34,700 nucleotides of DNA from a virus (Duplodnaviria; Caudoviricetes): positions 1 through 34,700 of IMG/VR virus record IMGVR_UViG_3300002307_000135, one strand, 5' to 3'. The position numbers were made by a program, and so were the translations under genes. A model generated the notes under the pieces. The model did no database searches, was not told where the DNA came from, and saw nothing but the letters and a program-made list of their open reading frames with translations. Positions 9,572-18,717 of this stretch are shown here, piece by piece (the first letter of the stretch is position 1; the number at the start of each line of letters is the position of its first letter).

Positions 9572-10705
9572 TTATCCTAGCGCAATAAAGGAACTGTATG
9601 TGGCAGCTACAGCAAGCCAAGGAGAGCTAGAGCCTAACTGCGTTGGTGATGATCTATCTCCAGCGCCTGAACCTAAACCAAGTTGTCCAGCATTATTTCT
9701 GCCCCATGTCCAAAAAGTTCCATCTGTTTTAATAACAGCAGTGCTGTTATTGGTAATAACACCCAAAGACCAATTTGTTAACGATCCGACTTGTTTTGGT
9801 GAAGAGTAATTGGTTGTATTACCAAGTCCAAGTTGACCGTAATTGTTTTTACCCCACATCCACAGTGTGCCGTCGGTTTTTACTGCTCCAGTATTTCCGC
9901 AATCTCCCCCATTATTTCCTAAAACTTTTGACCAGTTAGTTAAAGCTCCAACTTGTTTTGGAGAGGAGTAATAAGTCGTATTGTTAAGACCGAGCATTCC
10001 AGTATTATTTAATCCCCAAGACCATAAAGTTCCATCGGTCTTTACCGCCAACATTGAAAAATATGCTCCCGTTACTGCAAGCCAAGTAGTTAAAGCGCCA
10101 ACTTGTTTTGGTGAAGAGTAATAAGTTGTATTACCTAACCCTAATTGACCGTAGTTATTTCTTCCCCAAGTCCATAATGTGCCATCTGTTTTAATGGCTG
10201 CTGCACCTTGTTGGGGGGTAACGTAAACTTTTTTCCAAGTGGTAAGCGACCCTACTTGTTTAGGAGAAGAATAGTCAGTTACATTACTTAAACCTAAAGT
10301 ACCAAACCCGTTATATCCCCAAGACCATAAAGTTCCATCTGTTTTTACAGCAAGAGTGCTTTCTCCACCAGAACTAATATTTGACCAATTGGTAAGTGCG
10401 CCAACTTGTTTTGGAGATGAATAATTGGTAGTGTTACCAAGACCAAGTTCGCCTGATGAGTTAAACCCCCAAGCCCAAAGAGTACCATCGGTTTTTATTG
10501 CAAATCCTATACCAGTTCCACCGCCTAATGAAGCCCAAGTAATTAATGATCCAACTTGTTTGGGGGATGAATATGTTGTTGTGTTGCCAAGTCCAAGTTG
10601 ACCAGAGTTATTAGAACCCCAAGCAAATAGGTTGTAAGTGTAAGTAGGCGCAGCCAGCGGGTTGTACCCCGGCTTGTTGATCCCAGCGGCATATCTGAAG
10701 CTCAC
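9572..10705 (-). CDS. RCC1-repeat beta-propeller protein (type A2)
   Basis: Seven ~50-aa KTDGTLWxWGxNxxGxLGLxNTTxYSSPKQVG repeats after a short N-terminal leader (KPGYNPL). Confidence 0.9.
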   Translation of the reverse strand: MSFRYAAGINKPGYNPLAAPTYTYNLFAWGSNNSGQLGLGNTTTYSSPKQVGSLITWASLGGGTGIGFAIKTDGTLWAWGFNSSGELGLGNTTNYSSPKQVGALTNWSNISSGGESTLAVKTDGTLWSWGYNGFGTLGLSNVTDYSSPKQVGSLTTWKKVYVTPQQGAAAIKTDGTLWTWGRNNYGQLGLGNTTYYSSPKQVGALTTWLAVTGAYFSMLAVKTDGTLWSWGLNNTGMLGLNNTTYYSSPKQVGALTNWSKVLGNNGGDCGNTGAVKTDGTLWMWGKNNYGQLGLGNTTNYSSPKQVGSLTNWSLGVITNNSTAVIKTDGTFWTWGRNNAGQLGLGSGAGDRSSPTQLGSSSPWLAVAATYSSFIALG

Positions 10706-12471
10706 GCTACGCTCCTAAGTAATGGCTTCTCACCCAACCGTGCTTTGATTTGGTCAAAGGGTGCAGACCAGTCACCAAACACCTCTTGCCTGAACAGGCG
10801 CATGGAATCATAGTAGGGGGTCTTGTCGCCGTCAAGGGCATAAAGGAAGTACGGCATGATCGGCGTGATTACCCATGTCTCAATGCCCATCGCAGCCGCA
10901 ATATGGCTCACGCTGGTGCAAGACGATATCACTAGATCACAGCTTGCCGCTGCTGCCCGTGTGTCTTCCCATGTGTTCAGAGGAACTTGTTTGACCCAAG
11001 GCGGTGTGGCCTCTGCGCCCTCGTCGCGCTGCAAGCTGATGAACTCGTAGTCGCTGTCCTTAACTGCGTCAAACATCAACTCGTAGGGGAACTTCTTGTG
11101 ATGCTCATGCTCAAACTTGCTGTTGCCCTGCCAGCGCAGACCGATACGCTTCTTGCGTCCCTTGATGGTCACAGGCTTGGAGATGTACGGCGCACCAGAC
11201 AGATCAGCAAGCTCCAGCCCCAGTGGGACTACGGCAGACATACCAGCCACCCATGAGTCGTGGTAGATGCCAAACACTGCCTCGTGCTGGATGACAGAAG
11301 AAACACCTTCAACGCCGACAAACAGGCTTGCCAGCGGGCCAGAGCAGGACACGATTACCTTGCAGCCGCGATCAGCGATCATCTTGGCATAGCGCACCTG
11401 ATGGATCTGGTCACCCAAGCCGCCTTCCAAGTACAGCAGGATTGTTCCCTTGGTCTTGCCATCCCACTGCGGTGTGGGTACATCTGGGTGCTTGTTGCCG
11501 AACACACCAGCAATACGGCCTCTGTCCATCAACTGGTAGCCCTTTTGGATCTGACTTTGGCGCAGGTAGTACCAGCCACGGTTGTAAGCAGCGCGATGGT
11601 TGTTTGGCTCCTCTGCCTCCAGTTTCTGGGCAATGCGCCAGCCTTCAGCAAAGTCACCAGTGGTGGATGCCGCCAGCATGAGGTCAAGATCGTGCAACTC
11701 AGGTACTGTGCGTGGGCGCTCAAGCCAGAACTCAGGCTGGCAGAACGTGCCGTAGTGGGACTTCAGTAGCTCACGGGGGTCTTGTTTGTGTTGGGCGGCG
11801 AGTACAGGTTTGACATCGTGCATACCCGCATGACCGTGCAACTGCTCATCGTCCTCTGCTACCGTGGAGCCGTCGATGTTGTTGAAGTCGTACTCAAACG
11901 CTGGTAGCTCCAAGAACTCGTGGATACGGGCCAATTGTCCTTTGGGGTCTGCCAGCAGGTCTTCGTACTCCACAAACAGGAAGTTCTCTGGTGCGTACTC
12001 AAAGCCGTTTTGCAGGGAGATGTAAGCAGCCCGTAGGTGATCCATTAGCTGACCAGTGTGCATGAACTCATCCAAGTCGGCTGGCTTGGCTACACGGATA
12101 AACGATGCAGCGCAGTCAGGCACGGAGCGGACGGTGGCAATGATCTTGGGAGGACGATCCAGCACTTGGGCCATAGCGCCCATGATCTGTGCAATGGGCC
12201 AGCCACGGGACTTGTCGATGATGACGGGCTTGTCGGTGTCCTCGTAGAACGCATCAATGGCCCCGCGCATGGTCTGGGCCAGCTTCTTACGCTCTGGGTC
12301 ATTCTCATTTAAGAGGCCAGCAGAGTGCCAAGTGTTTGCCAAGCCATCCAGCGCATGAACCAGACCAGATGTGGTGGACACATGGGTCATTGGGTTCTGG
12401 TTCAAAATAGCCGCAAGGACTGTCGAGCCAGAGCGAGGGATGCCAGAGAGGAAGTGCAGTGTTTTGTTCAT
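10702..12471 (-). CDS. Sulfotransferase - TPR-like - GT-B (family 9-like) glycosyltransferase fusion, 589 aa
   Basis: Start MNKTLHF at 12471. SGIPRSGST (5'-PSB loop), IDKSRGW, VRSVPDCAAS (3'-PB) and VEYEDLLADP mark the sulfotransferase. A helical repeat (HRAAYNRGWYYL) follows. EGGLGDQI, IGLRWQGN, FISLQ, DLVISSCTSVSHIAAAMG and PYYDSMRLFRQ...GDW mark the GT9-like domain. Confidence 0.85.
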   Translation of the reverse strand: MNKTLHFLSGIPRSGSTVLAAILNQNPMTHVSTTSGLVHALDGLANTWHSAGLLNENDPERKKLAQTMRGAIDAFYEDTDKPVIIDKSRGWPIAQIMGAMAQVLDRPPKIIATVRSVPDCAASFIRVAKPADLDEFMHTGQLMDHLRAAYISLQNGFEYAPENFLFVEYEDLLADPKGQLARIHEFLELPAFEYDFNNIDGSTVAEDDEQLHGHAGMHDVKPVLAAQHKQDPRELLKSHYGTFCQPEFWLERPRTVPELHDLDLMLAASTTGDFAEGWRIAQKLEAEEPNNHRAAYNRGWYYLRQSQIQKGYQLMDRGRIAGVFGNKHPDVPTPQWDGKTKGTILLYLEGGLGDQIHQVRYAKMIADRGCKVIVSCSGPLASLFVGVEGVSSVIQHEAVFGIYHDSWVAGMSAVVPLGLELADLSGAPYISKPVTIKGRKKRIGLRWQGNSKFEHEHHKKFPYELMFDAVKDSDYEFISLQRDEGAEATPPWVKQVPLNTWEDTRAAAASCDLVISSCTSVSHIAAAMGIETWVITPIMPYFLYALDGDKTPYYDSMRLFRQEVFGDWSAPFDQIKARLGEKPLLRSVA

Positions 12472-12482
12472 GTGCTTTGAAA

Positions 12483-13643
12483 TTAAGTGGTTGCAATTGC
12501 TAAAGCGGTGTACCCACCGCCAGCAACGGTAAGCCAAGTAGTTAAAGAACCAACTTGTTTTGGTGATGAGTAGGCAGTAGCATTATTAAGGCCTAATATT
12601 CCATAAGTACTTGGCCCCCACGCCCAAAGAGTATTATTAGTTTTAATAGCCAAAGAAGCCCCTGAAGAAATTATTATAGAATTCCAAGTAGTAAGTGCGC
12701 CTACTTGTTTAGGGCTGGAATAATAAGTGGTGTTTCCTAAGCCAAGTTGACCACTAGCATTTTGCCCCCAACTCCAAAGAGTTTTATCTGTTTTAACAGC
12801 TAACGAGTAAATAGCAAATTTATTATTTATATTTGACCAATTAGTAAGAATTCCTACTTGTTTAGGGGATGAATAGTACGTGAGATTGCCAAGACCTAAC
12901 TGACCATTAAGGTTATTACCCCATGCCCAAAGTGTGCCATCTGTTTTAATAGCTAGAGTAAAATTTCTACCGCAAGAAATATTAGACCAAGTAGTTAAAG
13001 CACCTACTTGTTTAGGTGAAGAGTAGTAAGTAGCGTTGTTTAAACCTAATCTACCATCTGTACCTCTCCCCCAAGACCAAAGACTTCCATCAGTTTTAAT
13101 AGCTCCAACATGATAATTTCCACCCGAAATTAGTAACCAAGTGGTAAGTGCGCCCACTTGTTTTGGAGATGAATAATTAGTTGTGTTTCCTAAGCCTAAC
13201 TGTCCAAAATCATTTTTACCCCAAGCCCAAAGCGTACCGTCATTTTTTATCGCTAAAGATGAAATATAACAATTTGTAATTGATAACCAATTTGATAGAC
13301 TTCCTATTTGTTTAGGAGAAGAGTAATTAGTAGTGTTTCCTAAACCTAATTGTCCAAAATCATTTTTACCCCAAGCCCAAAGCGTATTATCTCCTTTAAT
13401 AGAAAGGGCACTATTTCCACTATTAGATAATTTTAACCAAGTAGCCAGTAATCCAACTTGCTTTGGAGAAGAGTAATTGGTGGTGTTGCTTAAGCCGAGT
13501 TGACCGCTAAAATTTTTTCCCCACGAATAAAGGTAACCAGCGCCCGCAACAGGCCAAGTCCCCGCCGCAATGGCAGCATTTACCTGCTGCATTGTCCAGA
13601 TGCCTGAGTATTGAACCCCTGTGACTGTTGTAGTGACTGGCAT
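12483..13643 (-). CDS. RCC1-repeat beta-propeller protein (type B1)
   Basis: Start MPVTTTV at 13643, just after the upstream stop. Leader QYSGIW...AAGTWP, then seven RCC1 repeats. Confidence 0.9.
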   Translation of the reverse strand: MPVTTTVTGVQYSGIWTMQQVNAAIAAGTWPVAGAGYLYSWGKNFSGQLGLSNTTNYSSPKQVGLLATWLKLSNSGNSALSIKGDNTLWAWGKNDFGQLGLGNTTNYSSPKQIGSLSNWLSITNCYISSLAIKNDGTLWAWGKNDFGQLGLGNTTNYSSPKQVGALTTWLLISGGNYHVGAIKTDGSLWSWGRGTDGRLGLNNATYYSSPKQVGALTTWSNISCGRNFTLAIKTDGTLWAWGNNLNGQLGLGNLTYYSSPKQVGILTNWSNINNKFAIYSLAVKTDKTLWSWGQNASGQLGLGNTTYYSSPKQVGALTTWNSIIISSGASLAIKTNNTLWAWGPSTYGILGLNNATAYSSPKQVGSLTTWLTVAGGGYTALAIATT

Positions 13644-13644
13644 A

Positions 13645-14790
13645 TTAATAAAGTAATGCAGTGCTAAAGTATTGACCAGCAGCAACATTTATCCAAGTTG
13701 TTAAAGATCCGACTTGATTGGGTGAAGATTTATATGTTCCAGATCCTGATGTACCAAGGCCAAGTTGTCCACTGGCGTTATAACCCCAAGACCAAAGTGT
13801 ACCGTTTGTTTGTGTTGCTAATGCCATACTCCCGCCTCCGCTCACTGAAGACCAGTTGGTTAAAGCGCCAAGTTGTTTGGGGGAGCTATAACTTGTTTGG
13901 TTGCCCATACCTAAAGCGCCTTGGCTTCCTTCTCCCCAAGCCCATAAAGTTCCATCTGCTTTGATGGAATACATCGCGCTGTTTCCGCCTTTTACAGAAA
14001 CCCAATTAGTCAAAGCCCCAACTTGCTTTGGGGACGAATAGTACGTTGTATTCCCTAAACCCAAATTACCCGCGCTATTTCTACCCCAAGTCCATAAAGT
14101 TCCATCAGTTTTAACTGCAAATGTAGACGCATAAGTACCGCCAACAATAGACCAGTTGGTCAGTGCGCCAACTTGTTTAGGCGAAGAATAGTACGTTGTA
14201 TTACCTAAGCCAAGTTGGCCTACATAACCAGAACCCCACGCCCATAATGTGCCATCTGTTTTAATAGCAAATGTTGCATAAGCAGTGCAACCTGTATTTT
14301 TCCAAGTAGTTAAAGCACCGATTTGCGCAGGAGAGGAGCGATATGTTGTATCGCCTAACCCCAAACATCCTTGGGCGTTGTTTCCTACTCCCCAAATAGT
14401 ACCATCTGTTTTTGTAAAAATAAAATGATAACGACCTGAACTAACAGTATTCCAGTTAGTTAAAGATCCAACTTGTTTAGGTGATGAATAGCTTGATGTA
14501 TTTCCTAAACCAAGCTGCCCATAACCGTTATATCCCCAAGTCCATAATGTGCCATCAGTTTTAATTGCTGCTACGCTGTTGTAAGCTGCCTTAACTTTAC
14601 TCCAAGTGTATAAAGACCCAACTTGAACAGGGGAAGAATAATTGGTTGTACTGCTTAAACCAAGCGCTCCGCCAGAGCCAGATCCCCAGCTATACAAATA
14701 CGGGAAATAAGTAGTCGTGGTCGTTTGTGTCCCCAGAGGATTGAACCCCGGCTTCACAATACTACCTTGGAACATTTGTCGTAAAGACAT
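13645..14790 (-). CDS. RCC1-repeat beta-propeller protein (type A1)
   Basis: Leader KPGFNPL, then seven RCC1 repeats. Confidence 0.9.
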   Translation of the reverse strand: MSLRQMFQGSIVKPGFNPLGTQTTTTTYFPYLYSWGSGSGGALGLSSTTNYSSPVQVGSLYTWSKVKAAYNSVAAIKTDGTLWTWGYNGYGQLGLGNTSSYSSPKQVGSLTNWNTVSSGRYHFIFTKTDGTIWGVGNNAQGCLGLGDTTYRSSPAQIGALTTWKNTGCTAYATFAIKTDGTLWAWGSGYVGQLGLGNTTYYSSPKQVGALTNWSIVGGTYASTFAVKTDGTLWTWGRNSAGNLGLGNTTYYSSPKQVGALTNWVSVKGGNSAMYSIKADGTLWAWGEGSQGALGMGNQTSYSSPKQLGALTNWSSVSGGGSMALATQTNGTLWSWGYNASGQLGLGTSGSGTYKSSPNQVGSLTTWINVAAGQYFSTALLY

Positions 14791-14801
14791 ACTGTTCTAC
14801 C

Positions 14802-15197
14802 TTAGCTTACTACTTCGTAGCTGATTGTGTAGGTGATACCACTTGCCGTGCCGCTGGTAACGGTGATCGACGTACCCTCCATCAGGTATATCGCCGTAGT
14901 CTTGTCCACCGCAATCAAGGATGCGCTGGCTGGTACAGAGATAGTAGAGATGATGGGGTAAGCCGTACCGCCGCTAGGTGCAGAGCCTTGAGCTACCGCG
15001 CCGTTGGTGTAGATAGACACTGTTGCGTTTACAGCAGAGGAACCATTGACGTTAGCAGCAACAATCTGGTTGATCTTGTAGACCTGACCGCTAGAAGCAG
15101 CATTAGCCAAAAGAACAACCGCAGTCGTGCCGCCGGGGGTGTAGTAGGTCGTGGTGCCGGAAGCTGTTGTCGCGGCTAGTAAGTTTGGGTTTGCCAT
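14802..15197 (-). CDS. Conserved small beta-rich virion protein (fibre connector candidate), 131 aa
   Basis: AAGGAG RBS. MANPNL...KINQIVAANVNG...TISVPASASLI...IYLMEG...ISYE pattern. Confidence 0.75.
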   Translation of the reverse strand: MANPNLLAATTASGTTTYYTPGGTTAVVLLANAASSGQVYKINQIVAANVNGSSAVNATVSIYTNGAVAQGSAPSGGTAYPIISTISVPASASLIAVDKTTAIYLMEGTSITVTSGTASGITYTISYEVVS

Positions 15198-15206
15198 GTT
15201 TGCTCC

Positions 15207-16019
15207 TTAGAAGCCGAAGATGAAAGAGATCATTGTGGCCTTGGCTTGGGATACGCCAGAGGCTGCGGGTGCTGCTGATGTCCATGTTGTGCCGTTGGAC
15301 ACCAAAACGTTACCGGTTGTGCCGGGAGCTACCACTTGGAAGGTGGAAGTTCCGTTGCCGAGCAGTACATTATTTGCTGTAAATGATCCAGCACCAGAAC
15401 CGCCAGAGGCTACTGTAATTGGGGTAGAGGCAGACACCGTTGTAAACGCGCCTGCTGCCGGGGTTGTAGCGCCCACTGTGCCGTTTAAAGCACCTGCAAA
15501 CTTAGTCGCAGACAGCGATGTGCCATCCCAAGTCAAAGCAGAAGAAGCGCCAAATGCACCAGAACTGTTGAACTGTACCTGCGTGTTGGAGCCAGCAGCA
15601 GAGCCGCCACCCACGTTTACAAAGTTAACGCCATCCCAAGCCACGATGGCCCGTGTACCCGCCGCTACAGTAACGCCCGTGCCTGTTGCACCTTGAATGA
15701 TGATTGACTGCGTGCTAGACGTTTTGTTGATGACAACGTAAGTTTTAGACTGCGCGGGGACGGTAATAGTGCGGGTAGCTGTGCCGCCTGCTGTCCACAA
15801 GATAACTGCGTACTGGGAGCTATTTGCTGTCAGGCCCGTGCTGGATGCGCTTCCTGTTGTCAGCGTCAGAGTAATATCTGCATCGGTGGAGATAGTCTGC
15901 GTGCCCGCAACCGCAGCATCAACAATTTGTGAGATTGCGTTATTTACAGTGTCGCCCCATGTACCAGACAGGGTTCCCTGTACAGGTAGCGTTAAGCCAA
16001 TAAGGGATGTATTTGCCAT
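15207..16019 (-). CDS. Proximal tail fibre / spike protein, 270 aa
   Basis: AGGAG RBS. GLTLPVQGTLSGTWGDTVN anchor, AGSNTQVQFNSSGAFG and APGTTGNVLVSNGTTWTS fibre motifs. Confidence 0.75.
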   Translation of the reverse strand: MANTSLIGLTLPVQGTLSGTWGDTVNNAISQIVDAAVAGTQTISTDADITLTLTTGSASSTGLTANSSQYAVILWTAGGTATRTITVPAQSKTYVVINKTSSTQSIIIQGATGTGVTVAAGTRAIVAWDGVNFVNVGGGSAAGSNTQVQFNSSGAFGASSALTWDGTSLSATKFAGALNGTVGATTPAAGAFTTVSASTPITVASGGSGAGSFTANNVLLGNGTSTFQVVAPGTTGNVLVSNGTTWTSAAPAASGVSQAKATMISFIFGF

Positions 16020-16029
16020 TAAAAAGCTC

Positions 16030-16806
16030 CTAAGAAGTAGGAATTGCTGTCCAATTTGGGGTTTCGGTATTTGTAATAGCCGTCCACCCCGGTGTCTGGG
16101 TATTACCTATATTTTGCCAGCTTGGGGTCTGGCTGTCATCTATTACTTCCCACAAATTACGCCCTGACTCGGTAGACGTAATTGCCATTGTCTCTGTCCT
16201 GCTGACACGATAACCGGTTGTGGCTGTGTTGGAATCCGATATTGCCGTGGACTCATAAAGGAACTCTGTGTAGTACGTCCCAACTGTTGTGCTATCCGCA
16301 ATTGCCATCGACTCCGTGATGGTCATTATCAGTGTGGCAACTTGGGTTTCTGCCAAGGCCACCGACTCAGTGACGCTGGCGACAAAGTTGGCTACCGCAG
16401 TTTGAACGTCCGTGATTGCCGCCGTTTCCGTAACAGACACAGGGAAGTTGGCAGTTGCGGATTCGACTGTGGTTATTAATGCTGTTTCTGCGACAGATGC
16501 AGAGTAACTTGTCGTCGCCGTGTTGGAGTCCGTCAGCGCTGCTGTTTCTGTAACCGACTTGGCAAATGTAGCCGCTACCGCTTCAGTAGTTGATGTTGCC
16601 GCAGTTTCTGTCTGGCTGACTGCAAATGTGGCTGCTACTGCTTGGGTTGTGGCTGTTGCCGCTGTCTCTGTGATGGAAACGCCAAAGGCCGCTGTTGCGG
16701 CCTCGGTGGATGTAATTGCTACTGTTTCGGTTACGCTGTCTGCATAGACATCCCCGCCACCCCAGTAGCCACCACCCCAAGCGTTTACACCCCAGCCGGT
16801 TGCCAT
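16030..16806 (-). CDS. Thr/Ala-rich repetitive virion protein, 258 aa
   Basis: GWG..AWG N-terminus, ~20-aa SVTETAA repeats and C-terminal W..I...QTP.W repeats. Confidence 0.75.
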   Translation of the reverse strand: MATGWGVNAWGGGYWGGGDVYADSVTETVAITSTEAATAAFGVSITETAATATTQAVAATFAVSQTETAATSTTEAVAATFAKSVTETAALTDSNTATTSYSASVAETALITTVESATANFPVSVTETAAITDVQTAVANFVASVTESVALAETQVATLIMTITESMAIADSTTVGTYYTEFLYESTAISDSNTATTGYRVSRTETMAITSTESGRNLWEVIDDSQTPSWQNIGNTQTPGWTAITNTETPNWTAIPTS

Positions 16807-16807
16807 A

Positions 16808-17371
16808 TTAGGTCAGGGTAGCCGTATAGGTTACCGCGATGGTATCGCCATTAACCACAGACTTGGAACTAGAAAAGTCCCCTGCAGAGAACAAGACACC
16901 AGTTGTGCTGTCCTTGGTAGAGCTTCCACCAATGTTGATGAAGCACCCTGCTACTGTTCCAGTGCCGGTCATGGAGAAAGACACCGCCGAAGAAGTTGTC
17001 TTGCTGCCAGCCGATGCTGCGCTAAACGAAGGGGTTGGGCGGTTACCGGAGTATGTAGGGGCGTTTGCCAGACCAACTTCCAGCCAGCTTGAATGGGATG
17101 CTTGCGTATCTGCAACCACCGCCGTACCGGTTCCTTTGAGGCCCATGACTACTGCACCAGCGGCCGTGTTACCGAGGATAGTGTCCAAGGTGGAGTTTTT
17201 GCCAACAGTAGTAACAAGGTTCTCAATATCATCCTCCCACTTGATATTACCCGCGATATCGTAGCAAACAGCGTGGTAAGTACCGTGGATAGACATGGAG
17301 TCCTCTGGCATAGTGTTGTACTTGGTGACTGCTTCAGCTTTGTCAGTCGCAATGATTTTGTCGTGGGACAT
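16808..17371 (-). CDS. Virion structural protein, 187 aa
   Basis: AGGAG RBS. WEDDIENLVTTVGK...LFSAGDF...VVNGDTIAVTYT pattern of tail-associated proteins. Confidence 0.7.
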   Translation of the reverse strand: MSHDKIIATDKAEAVTKYNTMPEDSMSIHGTYHAVCYDIAGNIKWEDDIENLVTTVGKNSTLDTILGNTAAGAVVMGLKGTGTAVVADTQASHSSWLEVGLANAPTYSGNRPTPSFSAASAGSKTTSSAVSFSMTGTGTVAGCFINIGGSSTKDSTTGVLFSAGDFSSSKSVVNGDTIAVTYTATLT

Positions 17372-17380
17372 GAGGACTCC

Positions 17381-17803
17381 TTATTGGGAACGAATTAGTG
17401 CAGTTGAGTAAGTATTACTGGGCATGGTCACAGTAAACGTGTTTGTGCAAGATTTATCTGCACCAAAATCAATCACTGCTACTGAGGCGTTTGCCCGGCT
17501 TGCATTGTAAATTAGTGCGCAGCGCGTAATGAAGTTTGCTGGGTTCCAAATAACACTGTCAAAGTTAACGTACACAACGCTGTTAGTAGCGTCATAGTTC
17601 AAGGTCACTCCGGTAAGGGCTTGGCCCCCTGCGGTGTACCCGGTTCCCGTAACCTCGTTGGTCGAGCTGTACGCCGTTGTCGTCAGGTTCAGGTTGGCAT
17701 TGCCGTTATACAGCGCCATGTAAAACGTGTCCGTCGTGAAGTTCTGTGTACCTTGGAACAGCTGGTACTTGAAACTGGTGGTCTGTCCTTGGACGATGCT
17801 CAT
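17381..17803 (-). CDS. Virion structural protein, 140 aa
   Basis: TSFK..L..G...F..DTF.MALY...TTAYSSTNEVTGTGYTAGG..L conserved pattern; coupled to the upstream gene. Confidence 0.75.
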   Translation of the reverse strand: MSIVQGQTTSFKYQLFQGTQNFTTDTFYMALYNGNANLNLTTTAYSSTNEVTGTGYTAGGQALTGVTLNYDATNSVVYVNFDSVIWNPANFITRCALIYNASRANASVAVIDFGADKSCTNTFTVTMPSNTYSTALIRSQ

Positions 17804-18717
17804 GGTATGGCCACCCTAGTTTGTCCCGTGCGGTAGGCGTCGGTGCGCTCCATGCCATCACCCAAACGTTTGGCCAGAGCCAGTGCTTCGGTGTACCGAC
17901 CTTGGTACAGTTGCAACATATCAGCCTCACCCTTCATAAAGGTGTAAGCCTCCAGCAAAGTTCCGTACAACAGTACAGAATCAAAATTGTCGCCCAGCCA
18001 TGAAGTGCCGTCGGGGTTATTAACCGTTGTGACATTTGCTGTACAGGAAACGCCCGTACCACCGATGCTGGCAATTGGCGCTGTTAATGTATCCCCAACT
18101 TTGTAAAAAGATCCGCCGTTGGCAATAGTTACAGAGGACACCGTATTGGATGCAACAACTACTGTAGCCGTAGCGCCTGTGCCGGATCCGCCAGTCAAAG
18201 CTACGTTGTAGTAGGTGCCGTTGGTAAATGAGCCAGAGGCAGAGGCCGTACCCAGTGCAGTAACAATCCCCTGCACAATTGATGCTGGGTAAAAGAAGTA
18301 GTGCAGTTCAAGACCGTAATTGGTTTCCGGCGTGGGGCCAACAATAAAAGTCAGCTCGTTGGGTAACGAAGTTTGCGGGCCAAAAATGCCGTAGTACTTG
18401 GGTGTACCTTTGATCGAGGGATCGGGGTACGCCTCGCGCATGAAGTTGACGTCCTTGTCCAGCAAATAGCTGTACACCCCGGTGGACTGGTTAATAAGCG
18501 CAAGCGAGTAAACAGCTAAAAAATCTGCGGGGCAGGCAATGTACTTGTTATTACTTGATGCTACCCCTGTAACGTTCTTGCGAAGTGCGGGGAACTGGAT
18601 GGAGTTGAATACGCGCTGCTCAGCCTGCTGGACAAACGTAGGAATGTCGGCAACAAACGTAGACTCAGAGTTCTGAGTGTAGTCCTGTACAAGCTGAACA
18701 AGCTGCGCGTAATTCAT
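17800..18717 (-). CDS. Head-tail adaptor / tail tubular protein A-like, with inserted beta-rich domain
   Basis: MNYAQLVQLVQDY...IPTFVQQAEQR, GTPKYY, VGPTP, LLYGTLLEAYTFMKGE motifs. Confidence 0.7.
   Translation of the reverse strand: MNYAQLVQLVQDYTQNSESTFVADIPTFVQQAEQRVFNSIQFPALRKNVTGVASSNNKYIACPADFLAVYSLALINQSTGVYSYLLDKDVNFMREAYPDPSIKGTPKYYGIFGPQTSLPNELTFIVGPTPETNYGLELHYFFYPASIVQGIVTALGTASASGSFTNGTYYNVALTGGSGTGATATVVVASNTVSSVTIANGGSFYKVGDTLTAPIASIGGTGVSCTANVTTVNNPDGTSWLGDNFDSVLLYGTLLEAYTFMKGEADMLQLYQGRYTEALALAKRLGDGMERTDAYRTGQTRVAIP

Noticed and set aside
8114-14790. Diversity-generating retroelement acting on the RCC1 genes
   Set aside because: No reverse transcriptase and no non-coding template repeat in the window; differences between repeats are not confined to adenines.
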